From: Octopus bimaculoides | Taxonomy: Eukaryota | Direction: 5' to 3' | Assembly: GCF_001194135.2 (NCBI RefSeq) | Contig: NC_068998.1 | Coordinates: 2,190,684-2,254,683 of the forward strand | DNA length: 64,000 bases | Part shown: piece by piece, positions 1 to 13,756 of the stretch | Numbering within the stretch: the stretch's first letter is position 1 | Layout of the letters: each line of letters opens with the position of its first letter | Position numbers and translations under genes: made by a program | Notes under the pieces: model-generated | Database searches by the model: none | Told to the model about the DNA's origin: nothing | Seen by the model: the letters and a program-made list of their open reading frames with translations, nothing else

Positions 1-4
1 AATT

Positions 5-38
<34 letters not shown>

Positions 39-251
39 AATGAATAAATATATATAAAAGTTTAAAAACATTGCCAAAGAATATGTGACAGTTGACGAGA
101 AATGTCACCAGTTATTAGAATTCCAAGTCAATGTCAACTGTTTTTCCAATTTGTTTTGGTTCTTTGTTTTGTGGAAGAATAAGAGAATATGTTAACTAAT
201 GAAATTAATTGTTGATTGGTATCTTGAAGATCAATTTTCTATAAATTATCA

Positions 252-285
<34 letters not shown>

Positions 286-984
286 GATAAAACCTCTCAA
301 TGCTTTGTTGTGAAGCATTATGAGTTTTATTTTTTAATTTTATTTATTGAAAATGTTTTTGTGTTGTTGTTTTTCTTCGTTTTATTACTGCTAAGTCAGC
401 AGCAAATGATTCCCCATTGATTAATTAATGTAACACTAACAAAGTAATATTGAAGAAAGACAAAGAATTAAGCAAACCCTCAAAGCTCTTTCTTTGAAGA
501 TCCTGTCAGAGTAGAGATGTGAGGAATCCGACCAGGAATATATCAGAGATACGCATGTATTGTATTAGATGTAGGGATACATTAAGTATATCATAAGTTA
601 TACCCACAGAATCTTGCCACCTCTTCCTACTCACACTTGTTCTTCTGTTCCTACTCATTTCTATTCACATTCTTGTTCTTTGAGGGTCTGGTGATAGTGA
701 TGGTGGTGGTGGTGGTGATGATGGTGGTGGTGGTGGTGGTGGTGGTGGTAACGATGATGATGATAGTGATGGTGGTGGAAAATGTTTGCAGAAGAATTTT
801 GTTTTGACTTTGGAATCCCTTGGGTGAAACCCATTTCAGTCTCCAGTCTATGTTTTGGTTTGTTTCTATAAACATTGCTCCATCTCACATTCTACACTCA
901 GGGCATGGTGGGGTGTGTTTATATATACACACCCGTTTCTATACACCTGTTTATAGGCATGGACATGTTTGATTCCCAGGCATG

Positions 985-1258
985 TGGCTGACCAAAGCCT
1001 TGCGAGTGAATTCAAAAGATGGGAAATGTAAAGGGGCCATTGCATGTGCGTGTGTGTGTGTGTGTGTATACTGCTAAACCGGTTGACAATTGGTGTTGGT
1101 GTGTTTACATCCCCATGACTTAGCAGTTCGGCTAATAGAATAAGTACCTGACTTAAAAACAAAAAGTACTGGATGAAAATTCTTCAGGGCGGTGCCCCAG
1201 CATGGCCATAGTCTAGTGCATAAAACAAGGACAAGAGAGTGCACTGGTTGAGACATGT
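985..1258 (+). mobile_element. SINE family A, 5'-truncated
   Basis: gaccaaagccttgcgagtg .. gtgtttacatccccatgacttagcagttcggc .. ggtgccccagcatggcc. Confidence 0.75.
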
Positions 1259-1801
1259 GGTGTGTATTGAGGATGAGAGTTTGGATAAAGAAGTGCTGAG
1301 AAAGGAATCTGGAAGGAGTTGTCTGAGACAGAGATGGAAAGAAATGGTAAAAGGGAGTCTCAAGAGGCAGAACTTTACTAAAATGACAAAAGATCACATG
1401 ACAAGGGGCCAGACGGTCTCTGGGGATTCACTTGTCGAAGACATGCAAGAACGGAAAAAAACAGAGAAAAGGGACTTGATGATGGTGATATATTTATATA
1501 TTCGTGGTGCTCCAGCATGACCGCAACAAGTAAAAAGAGTATTTGTGTGTACAGGATATCACCAACAGTAAACAACATGAAATACGAAAACGAATGAGTT
1601 AAATATCCAAATAACGAGAGGAAAGAAAAAGACAAGTAATACAAAGAATGATCTCTCATCAGTTGTTGACTGTCTGTCTACTCCCCATTTCATACACACA
1701 CACACACACACACACATAATAAAATGTAACAACGAAAGAATCAGACCTCGGAACCCCGAGTGCTATAGTGAAACCTTTTATTGTTTGTTCTAAATTATAA
1801 T

Positions 1802-1844
<43 letters not shown>

Positions 1845-3665
1845 CACAAACACACACATACATATATGTGAAAGAATAGGAGAGATACATTCATGCTGTC
1901 TCCCTCCCCTTTCGTGCATGTGTACACACACGCTGTCATTTCAGCTGCCAAAGATAATTATCATAAACTCATATTTGTTGTTAAATTAAACACTAATTAG
2001 TTACGTAATATTAAATCTATAAATACTGATGAAGATATAACGAAAAGTTATTTTTATCAATATAGAAGTCCTTTGACCTATATAACACTGCTAATCCATT
2101 TTGTTGCGATATCAAATATGTATGTATTTATACGTGCACACATGCACGCACGCACACATCTAGTATACACAATTGAGGCAGTTTTGAATTATAATAACTG
2201 CCCATGTATGTACACAGTCGATAGGCCAGTTACTGTGGTATTTGTCCTGAGATAACATCTCTTGTATAGTTAGTGTGTTAAAAACAAATATTAGAGGGAA
2301 AAAAAGATTTGTCCCAACAGTGGCCAGTGTGGACCTTTCTAGTGCTGCTTACTTCCAGCCAGTCACATGCTTGGACAGTCCACAAGAAATGTTATCTGAT
2401 GATAAATACGGCTGTAATTGGCCCATCAACAATGTATACACATTAAATATGATACATGGATGTATAGATATATATATAGTTCCATGGTATTGGTGTGGAT
2501 GTGTGGTTAAGAGACTGGTTTTTTAACCACATGGTCTCATTTTCAGTCCCATTGCATGGCACCTTGGGCAAGTCAAAGTGATTAATATTAGCAATACCAG
2601 TCAGTCTTAATGAATGAGTCATGTGATATTGAAGTTAGCAGTGTTTTTGATTGAGACAATTGGCAGTGTTGTTAGAGCATTGGAAAGATTGCTTTGTGGT
2701 AATCATTCTGGCCCTCTGTACTCTGAGTTCAAATCACACTAAGGCCAACATTGCCTTTTATCCTTTTGGGGTTGATTAACTACCAGTCTTGTACTGGGGT
2801 AGAGTCTCTTCTTTTTTTCTCACTTTTACCAATTTATACAATGAGTATAACTTTGGAAGTATACTTTTATCACCAAGGGGAATATCAGAAAATAAAGCAA
2901 TAATTATAATTTAATTTTTATCAAATTTCTTGCTTCTTATACAAAATGATGAAATGAACAAAGAGTATTTTTCTGAAAATTATCATTGCCTACCACCAAG
3001 CTTAGTATGTGCACTAATCCTGGACCGCTTCTGTTAACTCTTTCTCTGTTTCTCTCTTTTACTCTCTCCCCATTTCTCTATACAATGTAAATTGTGACTG
3101 GGGAAATCAACCAACCAACATTTATATTGGCAGCTGTTATTATACAAAGGTTATTATTAGCAAGGAAATGTAGTCATTATTTTATGAAATTTTATAAAAA
3201 TTCCATGAAACTGGGTTTGAAAACTGATTTTTTAAAAATTGCATTTTATATATTTTGTTTTAAAGAACACATCTCCAGTTTGATGCCATACTGCTGCTAC
3301 CATTCCTTGTTTACCAAATCTAAATCTGTTCAGTAAATGTTAGGTGTTGTAATCTATGGTGATTCTGTACCATAACTTCTCGAGTTTATTGTGAAAGGAT
3401 ATTGGATTAAAGAATGTCAGGTTAACACTACCACCACCACCACCACCATCATCATCATCACTAACTAGTAAAGGCTACTGGCATGTAATAGGTTTGCCCT
3501 TTCACTATTCTCATAGTTCAGTGTTAAACATTCAGTGTCTATATACATATGTATATGCACATATTGTATGTATGTATATACAGTGCAATGTATGTATTAT
3601 TTATCTATCAATCACACACACACACATATTATATGCATGCATTATATGTAGATATATGTATGTTG

Positions 3666-3727
<62 letters not shown>

Positions 3728-4531
3728 NNNNNNNNNNNNNNNNNNNNNNNNNNNNNNNNNNNNNNNNNNNNNNNNNNNNNNNNNNNNNNNNNNNNNNNNN
3801 NNNNNNNNNNNNNNNNNNNNNNNNNNNNNNNNNNNNNNNNNNNNNNNNNNNNNNNNNNNNNNNNNNNNNNNNNNNNNNNNNNNNNNNNNNNNNNNNNNNN
3901 NNNNNNNNNNNNNNNNNNNNNNNNNNNNNNNNNNNNNNNNNNNNNNNNNNNNNNNNNNNNNNNNATATATATATAAGTAGATGTGTGTTTATATTTGTAT
4001 CTATGTATATATACATGTATATGTGTGTCTACATATATGATGATGGTGGTGATGATGATGCTAGCACTATATATAAATAAGCGTGTATATTGTTTATGAG
4101 TTATTTTTATAAACCATTTCACTTAAAAACCTACAAAAAGTTAAGGAGAGCACAAAAGGTTTGAATGTTATCTTTGTAATTGTCCTAATTATATTTTTTT
4201 AATTAGCTGACTGTAAAAATAAAGCTGTTAATTTCAAATGATATTTCGTTAGTTTATTGCATTCACATGCAAATGTGCAGTGACCAGCTTAATTAAAATT
4301 GATTACTTCAGTGTTCGGAGATGTAATTGCTGCTAATTAAATTGAAAATGAACATTAAGACAGCTAATCAGCTGTAAACTAGCAACATTGACATTTTCGC
4401 AAACCTGGTTTATTCTCTCTTTTGCGGACATTCTGTGGGCAACAAGTAAAAGAAAATAATTTTTATGTGACAGAAACATTTAGTACAAGAAACAGAACCG
4501 TACACACTTCATTTGATATTATTTTGTGTGT

Positions 4532-4750
4532 AAGGTGGTGAGGAGCTGGCAGAAATGTTAGCACGCCGGGTGAAATGCTTGGTGGTATGTCATCTGTCTT
4601 TGCATTCTGAGTTCAAATTCTGGCTAGGTTGACTATGCCTTTCAGCCTTTGCGGTCGATAACTTAAGTACCAGTTGCATACTGGGGTCTATCTAATTGAC
4701 TGCTCCCCCAAAATTTCGGGCCTTGTGCCTAGAGTAGAAAAGAATATTAT
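4532..4750 (+). mobile_element. SINE family B (gctggcagaa..gttagcacgccggg head; gcctttcatcctttcggggtcgataa core)
   Basis: B-box-like gagttcaaattc, core gactatgcctttcagcctttgcggtcgataacttaagtaccagtt, (att)n-type tail. Confidence 0.8.
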
Positions 4751-5142
4751 TTTGCATGACATCAGGGCATGTCTACACAAAAGCAGCTCTGTGTGAGACA
4801 CATCGATTGGGGCTAGCCCTTCTCTGAATGTCTTAGCCATAGGATACCATGTTCACATCTACAAACAAAATAAGTTTGGGGAACAAACCAATCAAAACAT
4901 GATGCAGACACAAATATTGTAAATATTATAAATGTGCATTTGAACGACTAAAGGTTGATAGAGTAGAACATTGTAATGTTGGTCCTAAGAACTCCTCTCA
5001 GACATTTGAATAGTTTGAATGTTAAAAGGATAAACCATTGGAGATGATGAAGTGGAAGTCTACAGGATTAAGATATATACAAAGATGTATTTTCAGACAC
5101 CTCCAACCTCCAATAATAATAATAATAATAGTAATAATAATA

Positions 5143-5173
<31 letters not shown>

Positions 5174-5644
5174 TAGATAACTTTCTAATGATTGCTAATG
5201 GTGGCATGAACATTTTTAATGTGGCTGGTTAACTGGCTTTTATCAAAACACCTCCTCTGCTTTCTTATCTTCAGTTGCAAATGTGCTAAGTACAATCTGT
5301 ACAGATTAGAGTTTTAACTGATTACGTACAGAGATGGCCTCTGACCCATAACTTGGAGGGCCTTCAGTATTGCAGCAATTATCTCTAAATAGTCTGTGTG
5401 TGTGTGTGTGTGTGTAGTTTTCTATTCCATTATGGTAGGATCAACAAAAAAAAAACTACTCCATCCAATGAGAGATAAATATCATTTAATATATTTAAAA
5501 TAAGTGTTACTAATAGTTTCTTACCATTTTTCACATGTTTAGGCAAATTTTTATAACATGCTATGTGGCTCAATGGCAAGAAACCATTAGTAGCTCTTAT
5601 TCTAATACAGTGTACATTGAACTATATATATATATATATATATA

Positions 5645-6290
5645 AACGGTGGTGCTTCAGCATGGCCACGGCTCTCTAGCTGAAATTAGTAAAGAAAAAA
5701 TATATATTCACTCGATGCTGTCTCCAGAACACATTAAGAAACACAGTTAAAGAAATCACACTATTAAAAAAAATCATTGATAATTCTTAAGGTGGTGCTC
5801 CAGCATGGCTGCTGCCAAATGACTGAAACATGTAAAAGAATAAAAGAATAAAATGCAGACTTAGTTGTGTGGTTAAGAACTTTGCTTTACAACCATGTAG
5901 TTCCTGGTTCAATCCCAGAATGACCCTTTGGGTGTCTTCTGCCACAGCCTCAGCTTGACCAATGCCCTGAGAATGAAATTGGGTCAACAGAAACTAAGAG
6001 GAAACTTGTTGAAATGTGTGAGAAGGGCCGGCCCTCTGAACCATCGACAAGGGCCTTTGAGAAGCATGGATGGATACAAAAATATGCACATACATATAAA
6101 TGTATGTATATGCACACACACATACGACAGGCCTTTTTTTTTTCAGTTTCTATCTAGCAAATCCTCTCACAAGGGTTTGATCAACTTGGGGTTATAGAAG
6201 AAGAAACTTGCCCAAGGTTCCACATACCATGATTGAACTTGAAACCATGTATTTGGAAAGTGAACTGCTTAACCACACAGCCATGCTTGT
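5645..6290. mobile_element. Cluster of family A pieces, including inverted heads at 5862-6010 (+) and 6128-6290 (-)
   Basis: gtgtggttaagaac.. on + and ..cttaaccacacagccatg on -; tail pieces at about 5645-5700 and 5785-5850. Confidence 0.7.
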
Positions 6291-7714
6291 AGCTATCTGT
6301 CTGTCTGTCTACCTGTAAATCTATCAACATATATATCTCTGTCTATCCCTCTCTCTGTCTATACAGCAACCATGTGTGTGTGGTTGATATATAGATAGAA
6401 AGGGAGATAATCCAACAGATATGATATATGTTGATAGATTTATAGGTAGACAGACAGATATGTTTGTGTATGATAAACATAATATGATAATGATGGTGAT
6501 TGAATTGAAATTTCAAAGAATCGAAACCCAATTAGTGAAATAGAAATTCTTTCTCACTGATGCCATAATTTGATGCCAACTGAAAATAGCTGAAATATAA
6601 TTGAACGATGACCCCATGTCACTCCAAATGTAACCATTTGAAGCAGTACTGCTATATGTTGTTTAAATTGCTCGTTTCAAAGAGAAGACCACTGGAATTG
6701 CTTTGGAGTGGTTTCTTCATCGTCAGTCTGTAATTGTAACCAGATTGTCTTCAAACAAACTAATCTACTTTGACCATTATTCAATTGGCTAGAATTAACC
6801 AGTCTGCTATATTTAGACATTTTGCTTGCTCTCTTTTATTCTCACATCATGTTTTCCAACTCAACGCTGTCTTTGAGTCTAATGCTGACCATTTATTCTG
6901 TGATCCGTGTCCAAAATAAGAAATTTGTTTCGGTGAGGTGAGTTGTGTGCCTTGAGTGTTGTTTGAAGGTAAGAAGTAATTAGGGAGGGATAGGGACTTC
7001 AGGGCTGATAATCTTAAACAATAAGTATTGTAGTAGTAGTAGTAGTAGTAGTAGTAGGAAGGTGGTAATAGTTGATGTGATTGTAGAGATGGTGGTAGTT
7101 AGAATAGCAGAGGTGGTTAGTGGTGATAAAAATGATTGCAGTAGTAGGTGATATTGGGAGCTGCTATTGAACAGTGAATGAGGTAAATATTGATTTCCAA
7201 TTTTGGCACAAGGCCAGCAATTTTGGGGAGAGGGAAATACCTAATTAGTGTACCCTATGTACATGTGTGTACTTGTGCACACATGTATATATTAGAGACA
7301 CATATATACATGTGCACACATACACTTTCAACACTGTGTCAATAATGCTGTTTATTTGCTTCAAAATTGTGTCAAAACTATAGTGATATGTTTGGCAGCT
7401 GATGATGAGAATGCATATATGTTATGCTTGATTGTGAATTTCTCATATCTTAGTCTTTTTATTCTAGGTTATCTTTCATTCTTGTAAAAAGCAAAGTGTT
7501 TGTTAATTCATAGTTTGTGGGGGATCACTTTCTTTGGTATTGTTTGGTTTTCTTCTTAGGTTCTCTAATTAGGTTTAGAGAATGCTTAAATATTGGTGTC
7601 TAGTTTGGGGAGGTTCTGTGGTATATAATTCAAGTCCTACTCTAAGATAATGTTGTATCGATAAGTTTGAGTGCATACTTCTTCAGTATTGTATATACTG
7701 CCTCTGGGTAAGTC

Positions 7715-7890
7715 TGTGTTGATAATGCTGTGAATAATGCTCTGCCAGTAAGATCATAGCGTTGACAATGTTACGTCTATAATGTTATTGACAAGGCTGT
7801 GTTAATAATGCTGTGTCAGCAAGTCTACATTATTGACAATGCTGTGTCAGCAATACTGTGTCACTGATAATACTGTGTGGATAATGCTTG
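7715..7890 (+). repeat. Degenerate short tandem repeat (gataatgctgtg-like)
   Basis: Recurring ga(c/t)aatgctgtg / aatactgtg units. Confidence 0.6.
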
Positions 7891-8792
7891 AAGTTCCAAT
7901 TACAACATTATTTTCTTACTTTGGTATTTTTTTCCCTCCCCAACAAATAACACACTGTTATAAATTAGTAAGATTCTTTTATTATTGATTCTTTGGTGTA
8001 TTTATTTATTTATTTTATTTATTCTCTTCACTGCTGAATGTCTTCTTTCTCGTTCTTCTCTCTTTCTCAAAACCAAAGAGTAATTTGAAATCCATTAAAT
8101 TAAATTCTTTGCAACAACTAACCAAGGATTAAGCACGATTCCATAGATGTCGTTCATGTCTGTTGTATCGACTTTTAGTTTCCAAATGAATGCTGTTTGG
8201 AAATGAAAACCATTTTCTCTGAAATCTGATTTCCAATGAGTACTCCTTTCCTTCTCTCCTTCTTCGTTACCCCTGATTATCTCAGCCATTTTGCCAGAAG
8301 ATGGCTTTGATTGTCTGTGCCGTAGTTTTTACTTTTCTCTTCTCTTTTCTTCTTTCCTCTTCTGTCTTATTGTCTCCTCTTTTTTTTTTTTTCCTTTCTA
8401 TTTCTTCATTTTCGTCTTCTGTTTTTGTTTTTTTCTCTTCTTCAATAAAAATTGATGTTGAAAGAAAACAAAATCAAAAGTAAGAAAAATGAAAAGGCAA
8501 AGAAAAAAAAGAGAAAAATCACTGAGTTTAAACAAAAATAATGAAAAAAAAAAAAAACAAGGAAAATGAAAATCTTTAATTTTATGATAGTTAAAAATGT
8601 TTTCATTCTTCTTTTGAAAGATGGTTGAAGAAAAAAAAAATAAAGAAAATAAGTAGGTAGGGGNNNNNNNNNNNNNNNNNNNNNNNNNNNNNNNNNNNNN
8701 NNNNNNNNNNNNNNNNNNNNNNNNNNNNNNNNNNNNNNNNNNNNNNNNNNNNNNNNNNNNNNNNNNNNNNNNNNNNNNNNNNNNNNNNNNNN

Positions 8793-8833
<41 letters not shown>

Positions 8834-9344
8834 TATCTGTTGGTTGGCACAGTTTGGGCAAATGGAATTTCCTACAGCCTTGGATTGACTGAACCTTGTT
8901 AATGAGACTGAGTAGAGGGAAACTGTAAGGAAGCTCTTGAGTTGGATTCTACCTGTAATCAGACAGTACAGCCTTGTTACACACTGCATCATGCTGATTC
9001 TACTTGTGAATTTCTTTAAAAGGAACACATGTCTGTGGAGTATTCAGCCACTTCTTGCATGTTAATTCAGGGATAGATAATTCAGCTGTGCCTTTGAGGT
9101 TTTCTATGAGCTCACTTTGTCTTAGAAAGAAATTCTAACAAAAATTAGGGGTGAGGTTTCACCCTCAATGGTTTAGATGGTACTTAGCCTACAGCTAGGA
9201 CCCTGACAAGTGTCACTGCTCTGGGTCAGAATAGCCCTAGGAACAACAGTGGCTAAGAGATGGTTCCACACCCTTCAAACCCCTGCGATTCATGTATCAG
9301 GGGCCCCAGCTACCAAATGCAGTTTCAAGTCATAGCCAGGATGT

Positions 9345-9690
9345 ATCTTTTACTTGTTTCAGTCATTAGATTGCGGTCATGCTGGGGCACCACCTTGAAG
9401 AATTTTCGGTCAAATGAATTGACCCTTGCATGTTAATATTGGTTCATTTTGCTGAACTGCTAAGTTATGGAGATGTAAACACACCAACAGTGGTGGTGGG
9501 GAACAAACACACACACACACACACATACACAAATGTATATACATACGACAGGCTTCTTTCAGTTTCTGTCTACCAAATCTACTTACAAGGCTTTGGTCAG
9601 CCTGAGGCTATAGTAGAAGACACTTGCCCAAGATGCCATACAGTGAGACTGAACCCAGAACCATGTGGCTGGTAAGCAAGCAATGCCTTT
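9345..9690 (-). mobile_element. SINE family A copy
   Basis: Reverse complement of the family A head, core and tail motifs. Confidence 0.8.
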
Positions 9691-9792
9691 ACTGCCCAAG
9701 TTATTCAAGTACTCTCCTTGTCACTATCAGAAATGCAGTGAATCTTGTAGGTTGGGTTAAATAGGTACAGAAATTCACATATTTTGCAATTT

Positions 9793-9823
<31 letters not shown>

Positions 9824-10356
9824 TGGTAGAAGTTGGTTTTGTAAGTTTAGTGAAAGAACATGGAATAATACAAAGAAGATCAAACAGATGTTTCATAGGC
9901 TTTTTCTTCCATTCCCCACCCTCATATTTGAATAGTTTTGGTGGTAGTGGTGTTGGTATAAGAGGTGGTGGTGATAGTGTTGATGGTGTATGTTGGTGTC
10001 GTTAGTGGGAACGATGTTGATGATGATGATGATGATGATAGCTGTTACAACTGGTGGTAGCAATACTGACGATGACAATGATGATAATTGGGATGATGAT
10101 GATGACGATGACACAGATGATTAGACTGATTGGATTGCTGATGAAAGAAATGCGGAATGGTGGAGGGTGGAGGATGAAGAGATGGGGTAGCAGTGGGAAA
10201 CAAAATCAAAAATATTAAAAACACCCAATACAATACTATGATGATGATGACAATGATGATGGTGCTAGGGTGGATAGATGTATAGTAAATGCACTTCACC
10301 CTCTGCCAGTCTGTCTATTTATCAGTTTACTTATAAAAGTGTCATAATAACAAAAG

Positions 10357-10429
<73 letters not shown>

Positions 10430-10868
10430 GACATATTTTCAAACATCCATGTCCCACCCCACCACCTTGTGCTCACCCCACCCAACCATGCCATCTTGCA
10501 CCGAGTAACCTTCAGATAAATACCAATTATGATATTACAGTCTAATAGTGTTCATGTATAATAAATGGAGTGGAATGTAAGAAGCCACCTCTGCACTTAT
10601 GTATGTATATATATATATATAGAGATATATAGATATATATTGTATATAGATTGTGTGTGTGCTTGTGTATATAGAGGTGTGGGATATGTATACAGATGTG
10701 TGTATGTGTGTATATATGTATATAGATGTGTGTATGTGTGTGTATATATGTATATAGATGTGTGTATGTGTGTGTATGTATATATGTGTGTGTGTATGTA
10801 TATAGATGTGTGTGTATGTATATAGATGTGCGTGTATGTATATATATAGATGTGTGTATATGTATATA

Positions 10869-11022
10869 GATGTGTGTGGATATGTATATAGATGTGTGTG
10901 GATATGTATATAGATGTGTGTGGATATGTATATAGATGTGTGTGGATATGTATATAGATGTGTGTGGATATGTATATAGATGTGTGTGGATATGTATATA
11001 GATGTGTGTGGATATGTATATA
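10869..11022 (+). repeat. Seven perfect copies of the 22-bp unit gatgtgtgtggatatgtatata within a larger TA/TG array (about 10600-11330)
   Basis: Unit starts at 10869, 10891, 10913, 10935, 10957, 10979 and 11001. Confidence 0.95.
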
Positions 11023-11689
11023 GATGTGTGTGTATATGTATGTAGATGTGTGTTTATATGTATATAGATGTGTGTGTGTATATGTGCATATGTATTTGTA
11101 TATGTATACATGCATGTACGTGTGTGTGTGTGTGTGTGTGTATATATGTCTGCATGTGTTTGTGTATGTATATATATATACGTACACATCATTTTCTATG
11201 CTAGCATGACTTAGATGAATATTATTGGGCATATACAGATATATTGGTGAGAATGTGTGTGTATGTACATGTGTTTGTATGTACATACACGTGTGTGTGT
11301 GTGTGTGTGGATGGATGGATGGATGGATGGATGGATGGAAGAGAGAAGAAGGTGTGTATGATAAACTGGAAATGTTTTGAAAAATAAGAAGGCAGAGGTT
11401 CCGGAGGTGGGGTTGATTAGAGATTCTGGACTACTATGTAATAATAATGATAATAATGATAATAATAATAATAATAATAATAACCACAACAATAATAATG
11501 GGTGTGACATTGGATGACTAAGAACACATAATTGAATGTGTCCCCACCTCTACTTTTATTGACATTGCAGAGCCCCAGTATGGCATTCATAGGAAGAAAA
11601 GGATTGAACTGTGTGACATATAAAGGAAACAATAGAAGAGTGGTGGTAGTGGGGTGTAGTTAGGGGTTGCAGTGGTGGTGGGGTGGTTG

Positions 11690-11885
11690 TTTAGCCCTAG
11701 GTCAACCTCTTCGATACAGCACATCTCTCATGTAAGACATTACAGCCATGACCTTCCTGCCTTGTTATCAAGAATTCTGCAGCCTGTATTTACATTATCC
11801 AATGTGTGTTTTGTTTGAAAATGAAAGGGTGTATTTGGGAAGATTTGGTTGTTATTTCTAGCAAAATTGAATTACCATGTATAAT
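11690..11885 (+). mobile_element. Unclassified dispersed repeat family D
   Basis: gttgtttagccctaggtca..cagccatgacc..tacattatccaatgtg..gatttgg..tatttctagca; related copies at about 23450-23640(-), 29600-29765(+), 32955-33120(+), 37790-38075(-), 44850-44985(-) and 61615-61795(+). Confidence 0.65.
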
Positions 11886-12354
11886 ATCCTGTTACTGGTA
11901 CCTGTAGGGAGTAGGGACACATTCTTAAGTGGGAGATGAAACATTTGTTAAATGTAATAACATAAATATTCTACTTTTATTCCATTCCGTTTGAAAATTT
12001 GAAGACTTTCTGCACCTGTGTATACTTAAACTAACGAACAATTCCTCCATTTCTTCAGACTAACATTATTATTACCAATATGGGATTCTATATGAATAAA
12101 TATATTCACGAGGAAAAATTCTTGCTGTAATTTTCCTTCGTGACAAAATGCAGTAAAAAGTTTTCTTACAGGTTTGAACTATGTCTCCAGTATATTTGAA
12201 CTGGTAACAAATTTGTATTTACATACATACATACATATAAATATATATAAATAATATATAAGATGCAGCACAAAATTTTGTCAGTGAACAGGTCAGGGTC
12301 TCAAAGCGCCGAAAATATTTTGGCCAATTAAATTTAAATGTTGAAGTGAATCTA

Positions 12355-12590
12355 ACGGTTTTTGGCTGTGTGTTTGTATTTGTCCCCCACTATCATTTGA
12401 TAACTGGGTTAGGTTTGTTTATATCCTCATAGCTTAGCGTTTCAACAAAGAGACTGATAGAAGAAGTACCATGCTTGAAGAAAGAAAGGAAGATGTACTT
12501 AGGTTGAGTTCTTTGTCTAAGCCATTCTAGGCGATGCCCCAGTAGGGCCGCAGTCCCATGACCGAAACAAGTGAAAGATAAAAGAATAAC
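12355..12590 (+). mobile_element. SINE family A, 3' half
   Basis: tttgtcccccac..cttagcgtttc..aagagactgatagaagaagtacc..gccccagtagggccgcagtc. Confidence 0.7.
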
Positions 12591-12668
12591 TTGTCACAGA
12601 AGGCAGGTCCTTCATATTAGTGTATTTAGGATGTTTCTGTGTTTCACAGTATGTTACTAATCTATCTA

Positions 12669-13040
12669 TCTATATATATTAAACACAGGATGTGTGTGTG
12701 TGTGTGTCTGTTTGTGTGTTGGTCATGACGTTATAACTCAAGATCCACCCAACCGATTATAATGAAATTTTACACATGCATTACATGGGGTCCATGGAGT
12801 GATATAGGCCAAAGAAATTTTCAACATCTTGCCTAATGTGGGCCCAGGGGCAGATAAACTGCATGATTTAAGCATTTTCACAGCGTTAAGGCCTGTAACT
12901 TGAAGAGTATCCAGTCACTTGCCTCATATTTGCAACAAACATTAATCAGGCTCCTCAAATGGCTGTTGACTAAAAAAATTTCCAATGCTGACTATGAGGT
13001 CCCCCCCAAAAACGCAGATTAATCAGATTTGAGTATACTT
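12669..13040 (+). mobile_element. Possible Helitron-like non-autonomous element
   Basis: Begins TCtatatatattaaa, then (TG)n and accgattataatgaaatttt, a layout typical of invertebrate non-autonomous Helitrons; 3' end not identified. Confidence 0.3.
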
Positions 13041-13672
13041 CACTGGCTCTTATCTTGGTTTTAAGCCATTTTCTGATGATAAAATATTGACACTACTTAT
13101 GCATTATAAGTAGCATATAATATTTCATGAAAACCTTTTTGTCCAATTTGGCAGAGGAAATGGGAAGAACATTAGAATTTTTGTCAGCGTCCTGTTGATG
13201 CTTCATGTTACCATCTTGCACACCACCAGGCCAAGTGTGTGCGCGCGCGCAGCTGGGTAAAGGCACAACAAACCTATTCATTCATTCTCCAGAAGTGCCC
13301 TGTTGAAGTTCCATGTTTCCAAAATCTAGAAATACAAGGCCAGGTGTAAATGGTTGTCCTGTCTTCCTTACTTCTGATTTCACTCTGTATTTCAATTTGC
13401 ATTGTATTGGCTTTTGAATAATTTTAACATGCACGCATGCACACACGCACACACACACACACACACAAAATAGTGTTGAAACGTGAGAATGAGTGCTCAG
13501 CACTGACTGTCTATACACACACTCATATACATAAACATATATATACATACATACACACAGACATACACATATATACACATACAAATACACACTCATATAC
13601 ATACATGCATAGATATACACATAAGCATCTATGTGTGTGTGCAAATATATATACATGCATATTATATATGTG

Positions 13673-13716
<44 letters not shown>

Positions 13717-13724
13717 CATGCATA

Positions 13725-13756
<32 letters not shown>

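Noticed and set aside
651-888. Poly-His and poly-Thr ORFs (also 33191-34136 and 31884-32483)
   Set aside because: Trinucleotide or homopolymer repeats with no domain content
1743-1770. Resemblance to the 5S rRNA 3' end (gacctcggaaccccgagtgctatag)
   Set aside because: Too short and mismatched to distinguish from chance
2025-2066. CTGATGA..GAAA hammerhead-like boxes
   Set aside because: Stems II and III do not pair convincingly and stem I is offset
10542-11286. 216-229 aa ORFs rich in His/Thr/Tyr/Ile
   Set aside because: Translations of TA/TG microsatellite and the 22-bp minisatellite; no splice or codon evidence
13297-13353. Possible exon ctccag|AAGTGCCCT...GGCCAG|gtgtaa
   Set aside because: Weak donor, and the peptide does not fit the TAPP reading frame or any recognised protein
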